Assembly (NCBI GenBank): GCA_003990765.1
Contig: RBNJ01000014.1
Span: forward strand, 44,706-64,705
Direction: 5' to 3'
Length of the DNA stretch: 20,000 nt
Origin: Jimgerdemannia flammicorona
Lineage: Eukaryota
In this document: one piece after another, positions 19,885 to 20,000 of the stretch
How the letters are laid out: every line of letters starts with the position of its first letter
Position numbering within the stretch: position 1 is the stretch's first letter
The notes under the pieces: generated by a model
What the model was told of the DNA's origin: nothing
What the model saw: the letters and a program-made list of their open reading frames with translations, nothing else
Database searches by the model: none
Translations under genes and position numbers: made by a program

Positions 19885-20000
19885 ATATACCGATGCAGTG
19901 ATTTGTTCAAAATAAACGGCAATTAAGCAGAGTGGCGACTAAGTGCAGAATGGCAATGAATGATGACTAAGCACCGAAAAGCGATGTTCGAATATCAATT

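Overview
Eukaryotic, most likely fungal, genomic DNA in two sharply separated halves. (1) ~1-9490 is an AT-rich, almost CpG-free graveyard of nested Ty3/gypsy-type LTR retrotransposons, mostly on the - strand. It holds three tRNA-Pro-like primer-binding sites and four LTRs or LTR fragments, one of them inverted. One decayed gag-pol shows a capsid region, zinc knuckle, aspartic protease, a long Cys-rich spacer, a complete five-motif dUTPase and the start of RT, where a second element has inserted. (2) ~9490-20000 is CpG-rich and is an array of an unannotated, co-oriented three-gene cassette. It has two tandem - strand copies (~13.0-16.0 and ~16.0-19.9 kb), an inverted partial copy (10.8-12.9 kb) and further fragments. 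The best-preserved gene encodes a ~177-aa orphan protein with an N-myristoylation-type N-terminus (MGNIFS plus a basic stretch): two intact paralogs, two deletion-damaged pseudogenes and one fragment. The other two cassette genes are degenerate; one copy carries a Tc1-like HTH fragment. A dense CRE (TGACGT) array lies upstream of one intact paralog. All calls come from reading and translating the sequence by eye; no searches were run, and relic boundaries are approximate.
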